A stretch of 23,297 nucleotides of DNA from a bacterium. Lineage in GTDB: Bacteria > Eisenbacteria > RBG-16-71-46. Location of the stretch: NCBI GenBank assembly GCA_043779265.1, contig JAYWEM010000079.1:1-23297 (forward strand), read 5' to 3'. Every line of letters starts with the position of its first letter. Within the stretch, counting starts at the first letter, position 1. This document shows positions 17,921 to 23,297 of this stretch, piece by piece. Below the pieces are notes generated by a model. It was not told the origin of the DNA. It did not search any database and saw nothing but the letters and a program-made list of their open reading frames with translations. Made by a program: the position numbers and the translations under genes.

Positions 17921-18424
17921 ATGCATCCTTGGCGCCGTGTCGTTACGGCCATTCTGGCCACTTGCCTGGCCACTGTCGCCGCGCACGCCGATCCGGGTTC
18001 CGCGGCGAGTGCGGCGGCAGCGCCTCAGATCACGACCCCGTTGCTCGGCTCGCAGCGTGCCAACGCGTGGAAGCCTCGAGCCTGGCGTCCTCCCGCACAT
18101 TCGGCGGCAGCGGCCCAGGGCCTGCGTGTCGCCATCGACCCGGTGGACGGCTCGATGTCGATGCCGACCGACGAGGGTGCAGCGCCTGCCGTACTGAGCG
18201 AAGGCGAGTTGCCGCCGCTCGTGCGCATCCTTCACGCGGACGGCACGGTGCAGTTGATCCTCGACGACCGCTTCCTGGTGCACGCGGTCGCGAGCATGAG
18301 CCCCTTGGGAGTGCCGGTGTGGTCGTGCGTCGAAGGCGCGCTCGGCATCGAGAAGTTCCTGCTGCAGCCCGCGCGTGGACCCATCGCTCCGGTGGCTCCA
18401 GCCGTGAAGTGGGAGGAGCGGTGA
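17921..18424 (+). CDS. Small secreted protein coupled to the peptidase (resembles 'post-PEP-CTERM-1'-type proteins)
   Basis: GGAG RBS, signal peptide, GLRVAIDPVDG...HADGTVQLILDDRF...WSC; its TGA overlaps the GTG of the next gene. Family name recalled from memory, not verified. Confidence 0.75.
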   Translation: MHPWRRVVTAILATCLATVAAHADPGSAASAAAAPQITTPLLGSQRANAWKPRAWRPPAHSAAAAQGLRVAIDPVDGSMSMPTDEGAAPAVLSEGELPPLVRILHADGTVQLILDDRFLVHAVASMSPLGVPVWSCVEGALGIEKFLLQPARGPIAPVAPAVKWEER

Positions 18425-20097
18425 CCCTGCGCAAGTCCATCCGCAGCCTCGCGCTCGCCTCATGCTTCCTGACACTCTCGGCCCCGGCGTTCGCGGCCGC
18501 GACCATCGTGATCAACAACCTCAACGCCGCCGGCGTGGGCTTCAACGACCCGACCGTCGTTGCGCCGGTGGGCGGCAATCCCGGAACGACACTTGGCCAG
18601 CAGCGCCTGAACTGTTTCGAGCGGGCTTCGAACATCTGGGGCGCGACGCTCACTTCGAACGTCACGATCGTGGTCAACGCCCAGTTCAGTGCACTCACAT
18701 GCACCGGGACTTCCGCTGTGCTCGGTTCCGCCGGCGCAACCAGCGTGTTCCAGAACTTCCCCGGCGCACCGCTGGCCGGACACTGGTATCCGCAGGCACT
18801 CGCGAACAAGCTCTCCGGCTTCCATTTGGGCGGGGCGGGAGCCGACATCAGCGCCAGCTTCAACATCAACCTCGGCAATGCCAACTGTCTTGCGGGTTCG
18901 GGATGGTATTACGGTTATGACCACAATGAGGGGACGCTCATCGACCTGGTCGCCGTGCTGCTGCATGAGTTCGCGCACGGACTCGGCTTCCAGACTTTCA
19001 CGAACGGCTCGACCGGCGCCTACACCGGGTCATTGCCGTCAGTCTGGGATCGCTTCCTTTTCGACGAGAGCACCGGATTGCGCTGGAACGAGTCGTCGGC
19101 GGGCCAGCGAGCGGCCTCGTCGATCAACGCCGGCAACCTGACCTGGGACGGCCCCAACACTCGGATGGCCTCACGAGGCTTCCTGGGGGAGGCGCCGGAG
19201 TTGGTGACTCCCTACGCTCCGTTCTCGATCGACGGCAACTCCGCGGCGTTTGGCGCCGCGTTGACCGCGGCTGGAGTGAGCGGTGCTGCGGAAGTCGTGA
19301 CTGATGGCGTCGGCACGACGAGTGATGGCTGCGAGACGATCATGGGTTCGCTTGCGGGCAAGATCGCGGTCATCGACCGCGGGACGTGCTCGTTTGTGAT
19401 CAAGGCGAAGAATGCCCAGAACGCGGGTGCGATCGGCGTGATCATTGTCAACAACACAACAGGGACACTGTCGCCGGGTGGCTCGGACCCGACCATCACG
19501 ATTCCGACGATCCTCATCACCCTGGCCGACGGAGCGGCGCTGAAGTCCGCGATCGGCGGCGGGGTGACGAATGTGACGATGCGGCTGAGTCCGACCAGGT
19601 TGGCAGGAATGCACCCCAGCGAGCGGGTGCGCATGTACTCCCCGAACCCGTTCCAGAGCGGATCGAGCGTGTCCCACTTCGATGTCTCGTTGACTCCCAA
19701 CGCACTCATGGAGCCCGCGATCAACAGCGACCTCACGGACAACCTGGATCTGACCGTGGCGTTGTTCCGCGACATCGGCTGGCTGCCCGACCTGGTCGGT
19801 GTGCCGAACGGCAATGCGTCTGCTCGCATTGCAATGGCGAGCCGCCCGAATCCAGCGCGCGGTGCGCTGAAGGTGCACTTCGAACTTCCGGCCCATGAGA
19901 CCGTCGAGGTTGCGCTCTTCGATGTCGCGGGGCGTCAGGTGCGAATGCTGGCGAAAAGTCGGCTCGCCGCCGGCCCGCACGAGTTGGCGTGGGACGGGCT
20001 CGATGACGCCGGTCGCCCAGCCTCGCCGGGCGTGTACCTCGCGCGCCTCAAGGGGACGCGGACGCAAGGCTCGCATCATGTGGTGTTGATGCAGTAA
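18421..20097 (+). CDS. Secreted Zn-metallopeptidase with PA domain and FlgD-Ig-like C-terminal domain
   Basis: GGAGGAG then GTG; GFNDPT..APVGGNPGTTLGQQRL; LLHEFAHGLGF; PA domain IAVIDRGTCSFVIKAKNAQNAGA; SVSHFD, LMEP; tail WDGLDDAGR..SPGVYLARL. Confidence 0.92.
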   Translation: MTLRKSIRSLALASCFLTLSAPAFAAATIVINNLNAAGVGFNDPTVVAPVGGNPGTTLGQQRLNCFERASNIWGATLTSNVTIVVNAQFSALTCTGTSAVLGSAGATSVFQNFPGAPLAGHWYPQALANKLSGFHLGGAGADISASFNINLGNANCLAGSGWYYGYDHNEGTLIDLVAVLLHEFAHGLGFQTFTNGSTGAYTGSLPSVWDRFLFDESTGLRWNESSAGQRAASSINAGNLTWDGPNTRMASRGFLGEAPELVTPYAPFSIDGNSAAFGAALTAAGVSGAAEVVTDGVGTTSDGCETIMGSLAGKIAVIDRGTCSFVIKAKNAQNAGAIGVIIVNNTTGTLSPGGSDPTITIPTILITLADGAALKSAIGGGVTNVTMRLSPTRLAGMHPSERVRMYSPNPFQSGSSVSHFDVSLTPNALMEPAINSDLTDNLDLTVALFRDIGWLPDLVGVPNGNASARIAMASRPNPARGALKVHFELPAHETVEVALFDVAGRQVRMLAKSRLAAGPHELAWDGLDDAGRPASPGVYLARLKGTRTQGSHHVVLMQ

Positions 20098-20147
20098 TCG
20101 TTCGGAAGCGAGTCGCGAAGCCCTCGGCTGGTGACACCAATGGCAGG

Positions 20148-20555
20148 TTGCAGTTCGGCCCGATCGCGCTGGCCGGGGTCTCGGGACTGCCGCCCGTGCG
20201 CACGATCAGGATCGGTCCTTTCGTGATGAACAGGTCCATTCCGGCCGTCACGGCCGTTCCGCCGTCTGCTGCGAGCGGAGTCGCTCTGCTCGCCCCGCGG
20301 CCGGATCCGGCCACATCGACCAGCCGCCTGGCGTGGACCCAGTCGCGAGCCGGGCACGCGCGGGTGGAGATCTGGGACCTCACGGGGCGACGCGTCCGCA
20401 CCCTCGTCGATGGAGAGCGCCCGGCCGGCTCGCACGAGTCGGACTGGGACCTCGCCGACGCGAGCGGCTCGCGCGTCCAGGCGGGACTCTACTTCGTCCG
20501 GCTGATGGTGCCCGGTCAGGGCACGAGCCTGTCCCGCATGACCGTGCTCCGGTGA
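20148..20555 (+). pseudogene. 5'-truncated remnant consisting mostly of an FlgD-Ig-like C-terminal domain
   Basis: PRPDP...IWDLTGRRVRTLVDG...WDLADASGSRVQAGLYFVRL; no signal peptide or convincing RBS/start. Confidence 0.7.
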
Positions 20556-20589
20556 GCAGGATGCTCGGCCGCCTCGACTGATCGTCGCT

Positions 20590-20623
20590 GCGGGCGGCAT
20601 GGCGTGCCGACCATGCCGCCCGC
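20590..20623. terminator. Perfect 13-bp hairpin between two convergent gene ends
   Basis: GCGGGCGGCATGG-N8-CCATGCCGCCCGC. Confidence 0.6.
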
Positions 20624-20740
20624 TACCTGGGACCGATCGCGATGAAGTCGAACGCGTCGTCGATGTTCGTGCCGCTGCCGTTCATGACCCGCACCCCACC
20701 GAGGACTGCAGGGTCGGTGCCGGCGCGATTCGTGCGAGGC
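20623..20740 (-). pseudogene. Short C-terminal gene remnant (...VRVMNGSGTNIDDAFDFIAIGPR*)
   Basis: Protein-like sequence with GC-ending codons; TAG directly followed by the hairpin; upstream frame degenerates. Confidence 0.45.
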
Positions 20741-20812
20741 AGGCGGGCCGGGGCGCGTGCGGGCTCGTGTTCGCGCCGCACTCCCGTCCACATCGTTGCC
20801 GGAGGTGACGCC

Positions 20813-21709
20813 ACGACATCCAGACCACCCAGGCCCCCCTGCCGGCGGCGAGAGACCCGCTGGCCGCTCGCGCGCGCCGACGCGCAGGAGTTCGTCCGCG
20901 TCACGGTGACGCAGGCCGCGGCGCAGTGGCTCTTCACCTACGTCGCCACGACGCGCAACGAGAAGGGCCAGCGGCTCGCCCGCACGAGGCTCGAGCGCTA
21001 CCTGCTACTCGAGCTGGGCGACCTGCCGCTGCATGAGCTGACCGGCGACCACGTGCGGCAGTACCGCCTGATGCTCGAGTCGCTGCACACGCTGCGCCCG
21101 CACACCGTGACGCACGTGCTGAGCGATCTGAGATGCCTCCTGCGCTGGGCCGAGGGCCAGGGGCTGATCGAGCGCTCGCCGTTTCCGCCGCGGGTCATGC
21201 CGCGCCTCCAGGAATCGCCGCCTCGCCGCCTGGCCGACCTCGAGGTGGCGGTGCTCGAGTCGCTGGGCGGCCGGATCGGGTTCGTGCTGCGCTTCCTGCT
21301 CGGCACCGGCTTGCGCTGGGCCGAGGCGTGCCGGGCGCGGCGCGAGCACGTGCAGGGCGCGATGCTGCAGGTGTCGCAGACCAAGTCGGGCCGGATGCGC
21401 CGCGTGCCGCTCTCCCCCGCCCTGCTCGCCGAACTGGGCCCGCAAGAGGGGCGGCTCGTGCCCTACGCCGAGTCGAGCCCCGGCTCGTTCTCTCGCACCG
21501 TGCGGCGGCTGACCGGCATCGAGGACTTCCATGCCCATCGCTGCCGGCACACGTTCGCCTGCCGCTGGCTCGAGGCCGGCGGGAACCTGGCGGTGCTGCA
21601 GCGGATCCTGGGACACCGCGACCTGAGCACGACGATGCGCTACGCGCAGGTCACCGATGAGCTGATCGAGCGCGAGGCGGCGCGGGTGATGGGGCGAGAG
21701 CGCGGCTAG
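20813..21709 (+). CDS. Tyrosine recombinase/integrase 1 (core-binding plus catalytic domain; start uncertain)
   Basis: Full catalytic set: GLRWAE, TKSG, HRCRH, LGH, TMRY. SD GGAGGT at 20801 precedes an in-frame ACG at 20813; alternatives are ATG 20642/20684 or GTG 20906. Confidence 0.92.
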   Translation, partial: TTSRPPRPPCRRRETRWPLARADAQEFVRVTVTQAAAQWLFTYVATTRNEKGQRLARTRLERYLLLELGDLPLHELTGDHVRQYRLMLESLHTLRPHTVTHVLSDLRCLLRWAEGQGLIERSPFPPRVMPRLQESPPRRLADLEVAVLESLGGRIGFVLRFLLGTGLRWAEACRARREHVQGAMLQVSQTKSGRMRRVPLSPALLAELGPQEGRLVPYAESSPGSFSRTVRRLTGIEDFHAHRCRHTFACRWLEAGGNLAVLQRILGHRDLSTTMRYAQVTDELIEREAARVMGRERG

Positions 21710-21751
21710 GGCGGGTGCCCAACGCCCGAGCCGGGCGGTCTGCGCTCGCAC

Positions 21752-21973
21752 TCAGGGGCGTACTTCGGCAGGCATGCGCGCGAGCGTCGCCGCGAGCACC
21801 TCGCGGGCGACATCGATCGCCCGCACGACTTCCTCGCGCGCGGGGGCTTCGGCGTCGCCGGGATAGCGGAACGCCCATGCGAACACACTCAAGCGCTCTG
21901 CCGCGTAGAGGTCCTGGGCGGCTCTGGCGAACTAAAATCGCGTCTCGGTGACGCGGGCGGGCTCAGGCGGCAT
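21752..21973 (-). pseudogene. HEPN-domain protein pseudogene
   Basis: MPPEPARVTETRF*FARAAQDLYAAERL|SVFAWAFRYPG...MPAEVRP*; TAG at 21932-21934; the central HEPN segment appears missing; start overlaps the repaired MNT stop. Confidence 0.8.
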
Positions 21974-22299
21974 GCAAGAGGACTCCCTCTCGAACCACCG
22001 TCGCAGGCAGCGAGGCCTTCAATGGGAGCCGCTGCTCGAACTCGTCTCGAGACCACACGAGGATGTCCGCGGAGATGCCCATCCCCCCCGATGAGTGTGT
22101 GTGCCTCTTGCGCGACCTGGTAGGCCGGAGCGCTCAGATGCTCGAAGACCATCAGGAGGTCGTAGTCGCTCTCCGCGGTTCCCTGTTGTCGGGCCCGGGA
22201 ACCGAAGAGGTAGACCCGCATGGGCTGGTGCGCAGCGACCAAGCGGCGAACCAGGTTCGCCAGTTTCGGGTCGCGTTGGAGGATCGCCGGATCGGTCAT
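21963..22299 (-). pseudogene. Minimal nucleotidyltransferase (MNT), frameshifted
   Basis: VYLFGSRAR...SDYDLL; removing one base from the G7 run (C7 at 22083-22089) yields ADILVWSRDEFEQRL...VVREGVLLHAA*. Confidence 0.88.
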
Positions 22300-22534
22300 C
22301 GGTGCCTCATGGTCGCGGATGGCGCAGGGCCGCTGCTCGAATGTCCGCAGGAAGGTTAGCAGACGCGCGGATGGCTCGCGATGGATGCACGCGGGCCCTA
22401 TCGACGGGGACCGGATTGTGAATTCACTGTTCTCGCGTTCGGCGACCCTCTGTGTCCGCCTCGCGTGGAGACCGGGACCGACGACCGGAGGCCGAGCCGA
22501 CCTTTGCGAGGCGGGCGGGCTGCTGCGGAGGAGG

Positions 22535-22611
22535 TGGTGGCCCCGACTGGAGTCGAACCAGTGGCACGCGGTTTAGGAAACCGCTGCTCTATCCGTCTGA
22601 GCTACGGGGCC
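22535..22611 (-). tRNA. tRNA-Arg(CCT), 77 nt, CCA encoded
   Basis: GGCCCCG-TA-GCTC-AGACGGATA-GAGC-A-GCGGT-TTCCTAA-ACCGC-GTGCC-ACTGG-TTCGACT-CCAGT-CGGGGCC-A-CCA; all four stems pair. Confidence 0.97.
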
Positions 22612-22619
22612 ACAACAAG

Positions 22620-23297
22620 TTAGCTTTCGCTGGCTACCCCTCTGGCTACCCCTCGCTTCGCGATGTCGAGCGTTTCGCGCATCACGATCTCATCGGTGAG
22701 TCGCGCGTAACGCTGTGTTGTCCCGATCGAGGCATGTCCGAGGATCTGCTGCAGCGCAGCGAGGCTTCCGCCCCGCTCCAACCACTGACAAGCGAAGGTG
22801 TGCCGCATCTGGTGCGCGTGGAATCCCTCGACCCCGCTCATGTTCCGCACCGTCCGGCTGAACGAGCCCGGGGATCCGTTCGCGTACGGCACCAACCGCC
22901 CCACGCGTTGCCTTACCTCCGCCAGAAGCTCTGGTGCGAGCGGTACACGCCGCACCTTTCCACTCTTGGTCTGGTGCACGACTAGGAAGCCACGCTCGAG
23001 GTCGCTCGCCTGCACTCGCGTCAGCTCACCCCAGCGCATTCCGGTACCGAGACCCAATCGGGCCACGAATCCGTGTGGCTCAGGCAATCCGCGGAGCAGA
23101 TCCGCTTCCTCATCCGTCAGCCGGTCCGGCGGCCGCTCCTGGATCCGCGGCATGACGCGCCGCGGGAAGGGGCTGTGCTCGATCAGTCCTGACTCGGCGC
23201 ACCAGTTCAGCATGCACCGCGCATCCGAGAGGATGTGCCAGACCGTGGTCGGCTGGAGGTCGAACGTCTCAAGCTGCATCCGGTACCGACGAACATG
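22620..23297 (-). CDS. Tyrosine recombinase/integrase 2 (5' end outside window)
   Basis: GMRWGE, TKSG, HQMRH, LGH, TQRY; frame is open to the right edge (HVRRYRMQLE...). Confidence 0.93.
   Translation of the reverse strand, partial: HVRRYRMQLETFDLQPTTVWHILSDARCMLNWCAESGLIEHSPFPRRVMPRIQERPPDRLTDEEADLLRGLPEPHGFVARLGLGTGMRWGELTRVQASDLERGFLVVHQTKSGKVRRVPLAPELLAEVRQRVGRLVPYANGSPGSFSRTVRNMSGVEGFHAHQMRHTFACQWLERGGSLAALQQILGHASIGTTQRYARLTDEIVMRETLDIAKRGVARGVASES
22630..22653. repeat. 12-bp tandem direct repeat at the integrase 2 3' end (possible arm-type binding sites)
   Basis: CTGGCTACCCCT twice, ending 18 bp before the tRNA 5' end. Confidence 0.7.

Larger units (their letters stand above)
17721..22566. 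mobile_element. ~4.8-kb genomic island or islet integrated at tRNA-Arg(CCT)
   Basis: Perfect 35-bp direct repeats 4811 bp apart, one within the tRNA; internal tyrosine recombinase and TA remnant. Confidence 0.85.

Noticed and set aside
17890..18420. N-terminal extension of the 735-aa peptidase ORF
   Set aside because: Overlaps a better ORF in another frame; the RBS and signal peptide place the start at GTG 18421.
16712..18475. 587-aa ORF as called
   Set aside because: Only 17449-16712 has an RBS, signal peptide and protein-like sequence; the extension crosses the att site and is antisense to 17921-18424.
1..23297. CRISPR array, rRNA, IS transposase, integron attC array
   Set aside because: No regularly spaced repeats, cas or transposase motifs seen by eye; neither recombinase shows the extra insertion typical of IntI.

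Overview
GC-rich bacterial chromosome segment; several secreted proteins end in FlgD-Ig/T9SS-like tails, suggestive of an FCB-related lineage such as Ca. Eisenbacteria (inference only). Left to right: (1) a large secreted HExxH metallopeptidase gene running off the left edge (absent from the ORF track) with a duplicated ~368-aa module, preceded by a small secreted helical protein and a free-standing copy of the peptidase's own N-terminal domain; (2) coupled HPF/RaiA-like and engB/yihA genes and a divergent alpha/beta hydrolase; (3) a secreted FlgD-tailed gene split by a ~270-bp insert carrying its own 64-aa ORF; (4) a CzcCBA/CusCBA-type RND efflux operon with a His-rich first gene; (5) a spermidine-synthase-like gene and a secreted protein with a TWG-like tail; (6) a 4.8-kb island bounded by a 35-bp duplication of the 3' end of tRNA-Arg(CCT), carrying a PA-domain peptidase pair, two gene remnants, a tyrosine recombinase and a decayed MNT-HEPN pair; (7) a second, paralogous (~59% identical by hand count) convergent tyrosine recombinase ending 8 bp before the 5' end of the intact tRNA. 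All family assignments come from motif recognition by eye; no database search was run.
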